This document shows, piece by piece, positions 16,881 through 26,225 of a stretch of DNA of 64,000 nucleotides (position 1 is its first letter; every line of letters starts with the position of its first letter). Source of the stretch: Desulfomicrobium sp. (GTDB lineage: Bacteria; Desulfobacterota; Desulfovibrionia; Desulfovibrionales; Desulfomicrobiaceae); the NCBI GenBank assembly GCA_040768745.1, contig JAXGMI010000001.1, positions 896,001 through 960,000 of the forward strand. Direction: 5' to 3'. Made by a program: the position numbers and the translations under genes. The notes beneath the pieces are model-generated. The model was not told where the DNA came from. It searched no databases and saw only the letters and a program-made list of their open reading frames with translations.

Positions 16881-16957
16881 CGCGGGGTGGAGCAGCATGG
16901 TAGCTCGTCGGGCTCATAACCCGAAGGCCGTAGGTTCAAATCCTGCCCCCGCTACCA
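16881..16957 (+). tRNA. Initiator tRNA-fMet (CAT)
   Basis: CGCGGGG...TCGGG-CTCATAA-CCCGA...GGTTCAAATCC...CCCCGCTACCA; unpaired position 1:72, three consecutive G-C pairs in the anticodon stem, encoded CCA. Confidence 0.98.
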
Positions 16958-16965
16958 AAAAAACC

Positions 16966-16997
16966 AAGGACTTAGAGACACCTCTAGGTCCTTTTTT
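16966..16997 (+). terminator. Rho-independent terminator after the tRNA
   Basis: AAGGACTTAGAG-ACAC-CTCTAGGTCCTT followed by a T run. Confidence 0.8.
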
Positions 16998-17005
16998 GAT
17001 CCCCC

Positions 17006-17179
17006 ATGGCCAAACACATCGAAATCACCATCGAACACATCCATGCCGGAAGGTTCATGTCCCAAAGCGCTTTTGAAGACTGGGAGCTGCGGGTCAAGGC
17101 CCTGGAGATCGCCTTGCGCCTGAATCCCGATCTTCTGGACGGATTCGAGGAGGGCGAAGGTCCACTCTTCATGTGTTGA
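17006..17179 (+). CDS. Small hypothetical protein (57 aa)
   Basis: MAKHIEITIEHIHAGRFMSQSAFEDWELRVKALEIALRLNPDLLDGFEEGEGPLFMC; host-like codon usage but no clear RBS. Confidence 0.45.
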   Translation: MAKHIEITIEHIHAGRFMSQSAFEDWELRVKALEIALRLNPDLLDGFEEGEGPLFMC

Positions 17180-17319
17180 CCGATCGTCCACGATCCCCCT
17201 GGAGGACAGCCCCCCGGACAAGACAGCGCTGCAGGACGGGAGTTGACCCACGCGCCGGAATGTCCGTATGAACTCCCACGGCGCTGAGCGCTTCTCCCCC
17301 AGACAGGCAAGGAGGACTC

Positions 17320-17778
17320 ATGGATCCAGCATTGGCTAAACCCTTCATCAAGGCCACCAAGGATGTGCTTGCCGCCACGGCGGCCCTGGAAATCGTGGCC
17401 GGCACCCCGTACATCAAGCGGGACAGGATGGCCAGGGGCGACGTCTCGGCCGTCATCGGGGTCATCGGGGACAAGAAGGGCACCTTTTCCATCTCCTTTG
17501 ACCGGATGACAGCAGTGCACATAGTCAAGCAGATGCTCGGGGACTCCATCGAGGACATTCTGCTGGACGTTCAGGACGCTGTGGGGGAAATCACGAACAT
17601 GATTTCAGGTCAGGCCCGAGTCGGGCTGGCCGAAATGGGCGTCAGGCTCCAGGGTTCCACGCCGACGGTCATCATGGGCAACGGCCACACCATCGCCCAC
17701 ATGACCTCGACCCTGGCCATGGCCATCCCCTTTTCCTGCGCAGCGGGTTCCTTCACCCTGGAGTTCTGTTTCGACTGA
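17320..17778 (+). CDS. cheX: Chemotaxis phosphatase CheX
   Basis: GDVSAVIGVIG, DAVGEITNMISG (ExxN), PTVIMG; AAGGAGG RBS. Confidence 0.92.
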   Translation: MDPALAKPFIKATKDVLAATAALEIVAGTPYIKRDRMARGDVSAVIGVIGDKKGTFSISFDRMTAVHIVKQMLGDSIEDILLDVQDAVGEITNMISGQARVGLAEMGVRLQGSTPTVIMGNGHTIAHMTSTLAMAIPFSCAAGSFTLEFCFD

Positions 17779-17782
17779 AGCC

Positions 17783-18598
17783 ATGGACCGACCCGCAAAC
17801 ATCAACGATCAGGTGGCGCACCTGTTGCGCGGCGCCAGCACGTCCTCGCATGCCGCGTCCTCGGAGGTGGATCTCCTGGACATGCCGCTGGAAGGCGTGG
17901 CCGCCTTCTGGCTCTCCATTAAAAAAACCCTCGATTCCCGCAAAAAAAACGACGGATTCCTGACCGAGGAACTCCGGCATACCCGCGAACCGCATCTCCG
18001 CTTCCTGCTCGAACTGGCTGCATCGTCATTTTCCCCAGGGCGCTGCGAAGAACTGGCCACGGTCCGCAAGAACAACGTCCTGGCTGAACTGCATCGCAAA
18101 TACGTGCTCATGGCCATCGGCCTGCTCGGCATCGTGTCCAAGGAAAATCCCCAGAAGGTGATGATCCGATTCCTGTCCAAATTCCAGATGGCGCCCATCT
18201 TCGAAAAACAGGTTTTCGACGTGGCCCAGGTCATGCTCAAAAACCTGGACAACGCCGAACTGGACAAGGCCAAATTCCTCAACATCGACCACAAGCTCCG
18301 GATAGAGGCCTTGATCATCAATCTCGTCTTCTACTGCATGCTGGCGCGCAGGAACGGCACGGAAACCCTGCTGGGCTTTCAGGAATACATCGTTTCGCAG
18401 TACTTCAAGGATGGGCTGCAGCTGATCTGTGACGGCTTCGACTACGACTTCGTCAAATTCAGGCTCAACCTGGTCAAGAAAGAGATTCTTTCGGCCACGG
18501 AAATGAAGATGGACCTCTCCATGCAGATGATGTCGGCCATCAAATCCGACGTCCCCTTTCCGGATCTCTGCCTCATCGCCAAGGCCTTCCTGCCATGA
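17783..18598 (+). CDS. Hypothetical protein with MotA-cytoplasmic-domain-like segments
   Basis: Open 271-aa ORF 4 bp after cheX; ARRNG...YFKDGLQLICDGFD resembles the MotA/PomA loop. Confidence 0.7.
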   Translation: MDRPANINDQVAHLLRGASTSSHAASSEVDLLDMPLEGVAAFWLSIKKTLDSRKKNDGFLTEELRHTREPHLRFLLELAASSFSPGRCEELATVRKNNVLAELHRKYVLMAIGLLGIVSKENPQKVMIRFLSKFQMAPIFEKQVFDVAQVMLKNLDNAELDKAKFLNIDHKLRIEALIINLVFYCMLARRNGTETLLGFQEYIVSQYFKDGLQLICDGFDYDFVKFRLNLVKKEILSATEMKMDLSMQMMSAIKSDVPFPDLCLIAKAFLP

Positions 18599-18634
18599 AA
18601 AAAGGCCACCCCACCTGCGTGGGAATGGCCTTCT
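18598..18634. terminator. Putative terminator hairpin between convergent genes
   Basis: A run followed by AAGGCCA-CCCCAC-CTGC-GTGGGA-A-TGGCCTT. Confidence 0.55.
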
Positions 18635-18652
18635 GCCTGAGACATCCTGCGC

Positions 18653-19018
18653 CTACTCGGTAGCTTTCTTTTTCTTTTCCGGCCCCTTGAGCTGAAGCAT
18701 CTGATTGCTCTCCTTCACTTTCGCCGGCTTGCGGTATTCCTTGTGCATGAACAGACAGTTGGTTGGGCAATTGTCCACGCAAATGCCGCAGTACACGCAG
18801 GCATACGGGTCCACTTCCCAAATCTTGGCCTCCTTGTCGACTGTGATGCACTGGGAAGGGCACTTCTTCTGGCACATGCCGCAAAGAATGCACTCTTCGA
18901 TATTGTTGTCCAGATTGCCGCGCACGTTGTCGAACACTTCCCTGACCTTAAAAGGGTAGAGCCTCGTATGCGTTTTTGTCAGGAAATTCCTGACAACTGT
19001 TGCAGTCATATCAAGCAT
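18653..19018 (-). CDS. echF: Ech hydrogenase subunit F (2x[4Fe-4S])
   Basis: CILCGMCQKKCP and CVYCGICVDNCP. Confidence 0.92.
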   Translation of the reverse strand: MLDMTATVVRNFLTKTHTRLYPFKVREVFDNVRGNLDNNIEECILCGMCQKKCPSQCITVDKEAKIWEVDPYACVYCGICVDNCPTNCLFMHKEYRKPAKVKESNQMLQLKGPEKKKKATE

Positions 19019-19029
19019 GGGAGCCCTCC

Positions 19030-20103
19030 TTAACGTTCTGTACAGCTGATACAGGGGTCAATGGACAGGGCAATGACCGGCACATCGGCCATTTCGCACC
19101 CCGGCAGCATGGCCAGCAGCGGCGGAACGTTGGCAAACGTGGGGGTACGGATGCGGACCCGGTCCAGATATTTGTCTCCTGATGCCTTGACATAATACAT
19201 CAGTTCCCCGCGAGGCTGTTCCGAACGGCAGACAATCTCGCCCGAGGGCTTGCCTTTGACCTTGACCGCAATTTCGCCGTCAGGGATCTTGGCAATGAGC
19301 TGACGGACGATGTCGATGGACTGGTAGAGTTCGCGGAAGCGGACCATGGTCCTGGCCCAGCTGTCGCCGTCCTTTTCCACGACCGGAGCAAAGTCGATAT
19401 ACTTGTAGGCGCTGTACCCGGTCATACGCATGTCCTGGGCCACACCCGAGCCGCGCAGCTGCGGGCCGGCCGCGCCCAGCTCATAGGCCTGCTGATAGGT
19501 CAGCACGCCCTTGCCCACAGTCCGCTTCTTGACGGTGTAGTCATTGGTCAGGACCGACTTGATCTTGTCCAGCTCCGTTTCCAGTTCATCGACAACCTGG
19601 ACGATCCACCGCAACTGGTCCGGACTCATGTTGCGCCGTACTCCGCCGATCTTGTTCACGGAGATGATGACTCTGTTTCCGGCCGTGGCCTCAGCCACGT
19701 CCATGACCCGTTCGCGGAGGCGCCAGACGTGCATGAACAGGCTTTCCATGCCCAAGGCGTCGGCCAGAAGCCCGAGCCACAGCATGTGAGAATGCATGCG
19801 GTGCAATTCGGACCAGATAATGCGCAGGAAGTCCGCGCGCTGTGGCACTTCGATGCCCATCATCCCTTCAACGCACATGCAGTAGGTGTGGGCGTGGATG
19901 CAGCTGCAGATGCCGCACACGCGTTCCACGATCTGGACCATCTGGTCCATGTCCCGGATGGAGGCCAGGGTTTCCAGACCGCGATGCACATATCCCAAAG
20001 TAGGCAGGGCCTCCTTGACGATTTCGTCCTCCAGGACGAGCTTCAGATGCAGCGGCTCTGGCAGAACCGGATGCTGAGGTCCAAAAGGTACAATGGTCGA
20101 CAT
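19030..20103 (-). CDS. echE: Ech hydrogenase large [NiFe] subunit E
   Basis: GPQHP, HRGLE, ERVCGICS, terminal DPCISCTER with no cleavable C-terminal extension (typical of Ech). Confidence 0.96.
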   Translation of the reverse strand: MSTIVPFGPQHPVLPEPLHLKLVLEDEIVKEALPTLGYVHRGLETLASIRDMDQMVQIVERVCGICSCIHAHTYCMCVEGMMGIEVPQRADFLRIIWSELHRMHSHMLWLGLLADALGMESLFMHVWRLRERVMDVAEATAGNRVIISVNKIGGVRRNMSPDQLRWIVQVVDELETELDKIKSVLTNDYTVKKRTVGKGVLTYQQAYELGAAGPQLRGSGVAQDMRMTGYSAYKYIDFAPVVEKDGDSWARTMVRFRELYQSIDIVRQLIAKIPDGEIAVKVKGKPSGEIVCRSEQPRGELMYYVKASGDKYLDRVRIRTPTFANVPPLLAMLPGCEMADVPVIALSIDPCISCTER

Positions 20104-20105
20104 GG

Positions 20106-20486
20106 CTATGCTCCCTCCCCGGCGGTTTCTGACTTTCCAACAGTGACTTTGCAGAAGGGATATTTCTTGACCTCTTCCTCCAAGTAGAAATTACCGCCGA
20201 AATCAAGCACGAGCCCATCGAAGATGACCCCGAAATGGTCTCGGGTCTCGTTTTCGATGAGCAGGGCGGCAAAGTATACACCGGAAATGCTTGGCGCGAC
20301 CTCTCCCTTGGGCAGGGTCAGGCGCAGGTGCACAAGCTGTGTTTCGCGGTCAAAATGATAGAGGAGATCAAAGCTCTCACCCAAATCGACACAGCTCATC
20401 GTCACCAGGCGATACCCTTGGTTCTTCAGGGCCAGCACTTCACCCACCAGCTGATTCTTGGTCAGATTTTTTGTTTCAAATGCCAT
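20106..20486 (-). CDS. echD: Ech hydrogenase subunit D (NuoC-like)
   Basis: LLYHFD, PSISGVYFAALLIENETRDHFGVIF; operon position. Confidence 0.92.
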   Translation of the reverse strand: MAFETKNLTKNQLVGEVLALKNQGYRLVTMSCVDLGESFDLLYHFDRETQLVHLRLTLPKGEVAPSISGVYFAALLIENETRDHFGVIFDGLVLDFGGNFYLEEEVKKYPFCKVTVGKSETAGEGA

Positions 20487-20489
20487 GGC

Positions 20490-21014
20490 CTACCCCGTTA
20501 CCTGACGGTCTTCACGATTTTCATAAAACTCCCTGGCCTTTTTCAGGTCGGCGACCAAGGGTTCGGTTTCCTTTGCCGGCTGGCGCTCCTTGAGCTTTTC
20601 CAAGGCCAGCACAACGCCGTCGATGATGGCCTCGGGCTTAGCCGGACACCCAGGAACATACACATCGACCGGTATGACCTTGTCGACGCCGCCCAGGACA
20701 TTGTAGGCCTCCCGGAAAACGCCCCCCGAGGTTCCGCATGCGCCGATGGCGATAACGGCCTTGGGCTCCGGCATCTGGTCATAGATGTTCTTGAGCGCCT
20801 TGGCATTGCGGTAATTAACCGTACCCGACACAACCAGAATATCGGCATGCTTGGGATTGCCGATGTTCAAAATGCCGAACCGTTCGACATCGTAGACAGG
20901 GGTGAGGCAAGCCAGGATCTCGATATCGCATCCATTGCAGCTTCCACAATCGAAGTGGATGAGCCAGGGTGATTTCATCCTGGATTTATGCAGCAGATCT
21001 TTAAAAAAGCCCAT
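20490..21014 (-). CDS. echC: Ech hydrogenase small subunit C
   Basis: GSCNGCDIE, IGACGTSGG, YVPGCPAKPEAI. Confidence 0.95.
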   Translation of the reverse strand: MGFFKDLLHKSRMKSPWLIHFDCGSCNGCDIEILACLTPVYDVERFGILNIGNPKHADILVVSGTVNYRNAKALKNIYDQMPEPKAVIAIGACGTSGGVFREAYNVLGGVDKVIPVDVYVPGCPAKPEAIIDGVVLALEKLKERQPAKETEPLVADLKKAREFYENREDRQVTG

Positions 21015-21038
21015 ATCTGAACTCCGTTCTTTTGTTGC

Positions 21039-21899
21039 TTAGAAGTTCTTGGCGTACAGAAGTGCCATGTTGAAGAAGGAGAGGCTGATGCCAACCGCCC
21101 ACACGTAGGTCAACATCCACTTCCAGGTCATTCTGGGCGTCACGTTGTCGATGACGATTTCCGCCAAGTAGGTCACGGCCAGCAGAATCACCATACCGAT
21201 GAAACTGGTGCTCCAGAAGAGGCTGCAAATCGCCAGAATCAGAACAATGTCGTACCAGTGCGCAATTTCCAGAATAGCCAGATAGGGACCGGAGTATTCG
21301 GTCAGCACGCCGCGGACCAGCTCCTGGTGCGCGTGATGGCTGGCAGAGATGTCAAACGGCGACTTGCGCAGTTTGATGGTCAAGGCAAAGGTCAACACCA
21401 GATACAACAAAGGCAGCAGCAGGAAAATGGGTCGGTCATATGCCAGGATCTCGTCAATCTTGAAGCTGCCGGTGACGAAATAGATGCCGACGAAGACAAT
21501 GACCAGCAGGGGCTCGTATGTCAGCATCTGAATGAGTTCCCGCTGCGCTCCCAGCTGGGAATAGGGCGATGGTGCGGCCATGGCTCCAGCAACCATGAAC
21601 ACGGCCCCAATGGTCATGACAAAGAAGATCATGAGCAGATCGCCCTGCATGGCGAACAGGGCCACGCACAGAATTGCGGCCACAAGATAAATGTGCACAC
21701 AGAAGATCTGCCAGTAGTTGACCACCTGGCGATCCTTGCCCAGCAGCTTGATTACGTCGTAAAAAGGCTGCAGGATCGGCGGTCCGAAACGACCCTGGAA
21801 CCAGGCCGTGAGCCTGCGATCGATGCCGGCCAAGAGACCGCCGGCAATGGGAGCCAGGATGATCGCCAGGATGACATAGACAATTGTTTTGATCTCCAT
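21039..21899 (-). CDS. echB: Ech hydrogenase membrane subunit B (NuoH-like)
   Basis: GRFGPPILQPFYD..KL, SPFD, HQELVRG.LTEYSG. Confidence 0.94.
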   Translation of the reverse strand: MEIKTIVYVILAIILAPIAGGLLAGIDRRLTAWFQGRFGPPILQPFYDVIKLLGKDRQVVNYWQIFCVHIYLVAAILCVALFAMQGDLLMIFFVMTIGAVFMVAGAMAAPSPYSQLGAQRELIQMLTYEPLLVIVFVGIYFVTGSFKIDEILAYDRPIFLLLPLLYLVLTFALTIKLRKSPFDISASHHAHQELVRGVLTEYSGPYLAILEIAHWYDIVLILAICSLFWSTSFIGMVILLAVTYLAEIVIDNVTPRMTWKWMLTYVWAVGISLSFFNMALLYAKNF

Positions 21900-21901
21900 A
21901 A

Positions 21902-23836
21902 TCAGAACACCCCCGCCAGCAAGATGATCAGAATTCCGACGGCTACCAGATTAATCCAACTGGATATCCTGGTTTCGCCAATGAGATTTTCCATGTAGTA
22001 GTTCGTGGTCTTGAAGTCAGCCCAGACACCCAGAGGACCTTTGAATCCCAGGCGCCGTGAGTCGGTCGGATCCTGCAGGCCGCAGACGTAGGGCGTGACA
22101 TAGGATCCTCGCTTGAAGAATCCTTTGGCCGAAGACACGCGGGCAGCGTAAATGACGCCAAGAGCCAGGATGACGAACACGGGATACAGCGCGAACATTC
22201 CTATGTTGTTGGAAATCATCCCCTGGGCAGCAACGTAGAGGTCCGCGGAGTAAAACCGCTCCAGAACCGGCAGGACCATGGCGCTGTAAAGGCCGGGCGC
22301 CACAAAGCTGATGATGATGGCTGATGTCGCCAGGAAGACCAGGGGTACGCGGATCAGGGACGACTGCTCCTCGGCCTGCAATCCTTTCTCCGGCACGACG
22401 CTGGTCATAATCAAACCCAGCCAGCGGCCCCAGAAAACCATAGTCAGGGCCGAGCCCATGGCCAGCATGAGCACTACCAGGGGCAGGTGGGCGGAGGCTT
22501 CCACCGCCATCCACTTGGACAGCAGGGCGCCGAAGGGCGGCAGGAACATGGTCACGATGCCGACCACGGCAACCATGGCTGTCTTGGGCATGACCCCCAT
22601 GAGTCCGCGCATGTCTTCGATGTCGCGGCTGCCGATCTTCTGCTCGATGGTGCCGACGCAGAGGAACATGAGACCCTTGGAAATGGCATGAAAGACGATG
22701 AGCAAGATGGCCGCAGACATGGCCGCCGGGGTGTTGATGCCCGCGCAGGCCACGATCATGCCCAGATTGCTGATGGTGGAATACGCCAGGATCTTCTTTC
22801 CATTGCTCTGGGACAGCGCCAGGACGGCCGCAGCCAGGAAGGTGAACGCGCCAAAGAGGGCCACATAGGTACTGAAGAGAGTGCCGGCGAAGGCAGGAGC
22901 CAACCGGACGACAAGATACACACCGGCCTTGACCATGGTGCTGGAGTGCAGAAGGGCCGAGACAGGAGTGGGAGCGACCATGGCTCCGCACAGCCAGCTC
23001 TGGAAGGGGAGCTGGGCAGCCTTGGTGAAACCGGCGAAACAGAGCAGGCCTATGGGCAGCAACACCAGCTTGGATGCGGATTCAGCAGTGATGATTTCCT
23101 GCAAAGACAAGGGCAGGCCCTGGGACCGGAAAAGGATCATGCCGAAGACAAAGGCAACCCCGCCCAGCATGTTCATCCACAGGGCGCGGGTCGCATTTGT
23201 GACCGCGACTTCTGTATCGTCATGCTTGATAAGCATGAAGGAACAAAACGTGGTCACTTCCCAGAAGAAGTAGAGCCAGAGTAAATTGTTGGCGAAAACA
23301 AGACCGTTCATGGCGCCCAGAAAAAGAATCATAAAGAAGAAAAATCTTCCCTGCCTGGAAGCGGTGAGCTTCAGGTGATGTTCGTGTTCCTTCATGTAAG
23401 CCAGGCCATAAACGCAAATCAGGGAGCCGATGATCGAAATGACCATGCACATGATCATGGAGAACTGGTCCCCGTACAGGGCCGGTCCCATGTTTTCCCC
23501 TGGTTTCATGAACAGTTCGAGAAAGGCCAGGGGAACGAGCTGCAGGATGGTCAAGGTGGCCACCAATTTGCTTTTGAGCTGGTAGCTGATGCCGAGAATT
23601 ACGAACAGAAGCGCAAAATCGAGAACTGCGATCAATCCGTCGGGATTGATCCCGAAAATACTTTCGGGAGACAGGGAGAACGCTCCACCTTGGACCAGGA
23701 CAAGAGATGCGAGAGAGACGACCACGCCGGTCCCGATGACCAGCATGGACCTCAAGGGGGGGACATTGATCAGACACAGTACCGCCGCGATGAACGGAAG
23801 CACTATGCTGATCCCTAACATCTGCGGGACTAGCAT
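21902..23836 (-). CDS. echA: Ech hydrogenase antiporter-like subunit A (NuoL-like)
   Basis: FTKAAQLPFQSWL..AMVAPTPVSALLHSSTMVKAGVY, KKILAYST; ATG at 23836 after AAGGAGG. Confidence 0.94.
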   Translation of the reverse strand: MLVPQMLGISIVLPFIAAVLCLINVPPLRSMLVIGTGVVVSLASLVLVQGGAFSLSPESIFGINPDGLIAVLDFALLFVILGISYQLKSKLVATLTILQLVPLAFLELFMKPGENMGPALYGDQFSMIMCMVISIIGSLICVYGLAYMKEHEHHLKLTASRQGRFFFFMILFLGAMNGLVFANNLLWLYFFWEVTTFCSFMLIKHDDTEVAVTNATRALWMNMLGGVAFVFGMILFRSQGLPLSLQEIITAESASKLVLLPIGLLCFAGFTKAAQLPFQSWLCGAMVAPTPVSALLHSSTMVKAGVYLVVRLAPAFAGTLFSTYVALFGAFTFLAAAVLALSQSNGKKILAYSTISNLGMIVACAGINTPAAMSAAILLIVFHAISKGLMFLCVGTIEQKIGSRDIEDMRGLMGVMPKTAMVAVVGIVTMFLPPFGALLSKWMAVEASAHLPLVVLMLAMGSALTMVFWGRWLGLIMTSVVPEKGLQAEEQSSLIRVPLVFLATSAIIISFVAPGLYSAMVLPVLERFYSADLYVAAQGMISNNIGMFALYPVFVILALGVIYAARVSSAKGFFKRGSYVTPYVCGLQDPTDSRRLGFKGPLGVWADFKTTNYYMENLIGETRISSWINLVAVGILIILLAGVF

Positions 23837-23970
23837 AGACGAACAACCTCCTTGCAAGAAATCCAGTCGCCAGCAACACCAATATAAAAAATCAACCGAT
23901 AATAACGGTCAATGTGCTCACTTCGGCATGTGACAAGAAACCCGGATAACTGATCGTATCCCGCAACAAG

Positions 23971-23999
23971 CCCCTACCCCAAAGCATGGAGCCTGTCAA
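23971..23999 (-). promoter_or_regulatory. Putative sigma-70 promoter of the ech operon
   Basis: TTGACA-N17-TAGGGG (weak -10). Confidence 0.4.
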
Positions 24000-24104
24000 G
24001 GAAGAACATGTTTATTCTTATTAATTCTATATAGTTAGCACGGATTGAACCAGCTGATCAAACAATCAGCCCCCATATCATGACGGCGCCTCCTATCTCC
24101 GTGC

Positions 24105-24893
24105 TCATCCTCCAAGATACAGGAGCCACCCCTGCAATTCCTCGCCCCAGAGCAGGGTCAGCACGGCGCCAAGGCACAAAAAGGGACCAAAGGGAATGGC
24201 CGTGCGCAACCCCTCCCCGTCCGGCCGCCGAAGATAGGCCAGGGCCACAAGGAGCCCTGACACGGCGGAGAGGAGGACCATGATCGGCAGTTTGGAGAGG
24301 CCGACCAGGGCCCCCAGGCTGAGCATGAGCTTGATGTCCCCTGTGCCCAGGGCCTCCAGGCCGCGCAGCCGCAGGTATCCCTGCTGCAGGAGAAGGAATG
24401 CGCCGGCACCGGCGATGCTTCCCCACAGGGTCTCGAACCAGCTGACAGGCAGGCAGAACGGGGTGGCCCAGGCCAGGATTGCGGCCGGATACGTCAGCAT
24501 GTCCGGGAGGATGAAGGAGTCCAGGTCGATGAAGCTGGCCACCAGAAAAATGCCGGCAAAAACCATGTACGCGACCCAAGCCAGGGACGGTCCGAACTTC
24601 AGGGCCAGGAGCAGGGCCAGGAGGCCTGATAGCAGTTCCACGGCCGGATAACGCCAGTGGATTACCCCCTGGCAGGATCGGCATCTGGCCTTCAGGATGA
24701 TGTAGGAAAAGACCGGAATGTTTTCCCACCAGGACAGGACATGACCGCAAGCCGGGCAATGTGAGCCGGGCCAGACAATGGATTGGCCTGTCAGGTAGCG
24801 ATGTACGCAGACATTGTAGAAACTGCCCAGGCAAAGGCCCAGAAACAGGGCAATGGCCGGGAAAACCCAGGGGAGGAGAAGCGCTTCGGACAT
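24105..24893 (-). CDS. pilD: Prepilin peptidase / N-methyltransferase
   Basis: GSFYNV, SHCPAC...ENIP...CRSC, IDL...LPD, G.GDIKL, IPFGPFL. Confidence 0.95.
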   Translation of the reverse strand: MSEALLLPWVFPAIALFLGLCLGSFYNVCVHRYLTGQSIVWPGSHCPACGHVLSWWENIPVFSYIILKARCRSCQGVIHWRYPAVELLSGLLALLLALKFGPSLAWVAYMVFAGIFLVASFIDLDSFILPDMLTYPAAILAWATPFCLPVSWFETLWGSIAGAGAFLLLQQGYLRLRGLEALGTGDIKLMLSLGALVGLSKLPIMVLLSAVSGLLVALAYLRRPDGEGLRTAIPFGPFLCLGAVLTLLWGEELQGWLLYLGG

Positions 24894-24965
24894 GGCTGCA
24901 CCAGGACAGGCAAAATGGAACGATACTGCGCAAAAAAGTCAGTCACCTCGGCACGGGCCGGCACT

Positions 24966-26216
24966 TCAACCTACGCTGCTCATGACCTCGGCGGCCCAGC
25001 GCGAAGCTTCCAGAGCGGTGATGTGCACAAGGGTCATGGGCAGGCCCATGACAGTCGCCTGCATCTCCAGACCGGCCCAGTCGCCCCGCTCCAGTTCTTC
25101 AAGCAACCTGATCCAGCGCGCATTGGGGTCCTGCCTGTCTGTCAGGGCGCACTTGATGCCGCTGTCCAGGGAAACCGTGCCCAGGATGGCGTCCATGGCC
25201 TGGTCCAGGATGGCGTCCAGCAGGGAGAAAAAACCCAGCAGAAACATGCCTTCCGGGCCAAAGGGCGTGGGGTGATGGGCGGACAGGAGCTGTAAGAAGC
25301 GCCCACGCCGGGCAGACATGCCAACCAGTTCCTGGCCCTTGTCCGTCGAATTGATGTCAGACAGAATGATCACCCGCAGCCATTGCTGCAGGTTCTGCCT
25401 GCCGAGCAGCGCCACCGCGCGCTGGATGGACGTGATCCCGCAACACAGGCTGAACCGCGCGGAATTGATGTACTGCAGCAGCTTGTAGGAAATGGCCAAA
25501 TCCGCCTGGATGATTTCCACCAGCCGATTCTGGGTTGATTCCTCTTCGCTGAGTTCCTTCAGAATTCTGAGCTTGGTCGTCTGGCTGGACGAAAGCTTGC
25601 GTCCGGGAATGATCTCGGGCCGACTGAAAAAAAATCCTTGGAAATACACGAAACCCAACCGCTGGCAGACCTTGAACATATCCAGGCTCTCGACCTTTTC
25701 GGCCAGGAGGACGGCCTTGTACCGGTCAAGGCCCTTGACGACGTCCATGACCTCGGTTGGTTTCCTGTGCAGGATGTCCACCTTGATGATGTCCGCCAGC
25801 TCGCACAAGGGCTCGAATCCAGGCTCTCCCACGAAATCGTCCAGAGCCAGTACATAGCCCTTTCTCTTCAGCTCCAGGCATGCGTCCAGAACCTCGGCCG
25901 AAGGTTCCACCGTCTCCAGGATTTCCACCACGCACCTCTCCGGGGGCAGCACGTACGGGGCAGACCCCACGAGCACGTTGCGCGGGAAATTGATCAAGGC
26001 CTTTGCGCGCTTGCGCAGGCCCTGGGACGCCAGGGTAAATCCGTCGGCGATGACCTGGGTCGTGGCCTGGTCGTTGTCCGTGATCAGGGCCGCCTGGGCA
26101 TTCTCGCCGTGCCGGAAGAGCAGTTCATAGCCCCAGATCTGCATGTCCTGGGTGAAGATGGGCTGCCGGGCGACAAAAATCTTGTCATAAACGTGGTCGG
26201 AACGATTTTCCGTCAT
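24966..26216 (-). CDS. EAL + HDOD domain protein (YuxH/PdeH-like)
   Basis: FVARQPIF, GYELLFR, LALDDF, LAEKVE, FQGFFF, then KLLQYINS (HDOD). Confidence 0.92.
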   Translation of the reverse strand: MTENRSDHVYDKIFVARQPIFTQDMQIWGYELLFRHGENAQAALITDNDQATTQVIADGFTLASQGLRKRAKALINFPRNVLVGSAPYVLPPERCVVEILETVEPSAEVLDACLELKRKGYVLALDDFVGEPGFEPLCELADIIKVDILHRKPTEVMDVVKGLDRYKAVLLAEKVESLDMFKVCQRLGFVYFQGFFFSRPEIIPGRKLSSSQTTKLRILKELSEEESTQNRLVEIIQADLAISYKLLQYINSARFSLCCGITSIQRAVALLGRQNLQQWLRVIILSDINSTDKGQELVGMSARRGRFLQLLSAHHPTPFGPEGMFLLGFFSLLDAILDQAMDAILGTVSLDSGIKCALTDRQDPNARWIRLLEELERGDWAGLEMQATVMGLPMTLVHITALEASRWAAEVMSSVG

Positions 26217-26225
26217 CGATGGCAG

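Noticed and set aside
16881..17320. Integrative element at tRNA-fMet
   Set aside because: No integrase nearby and no duplicated tRNA 3' end seen in the window.
19030..19060. EchE lacking a C-terminal extension and no maturation protease gene
   Set aside because: This is normal for Ech-type hydrogenases, not a truncation.
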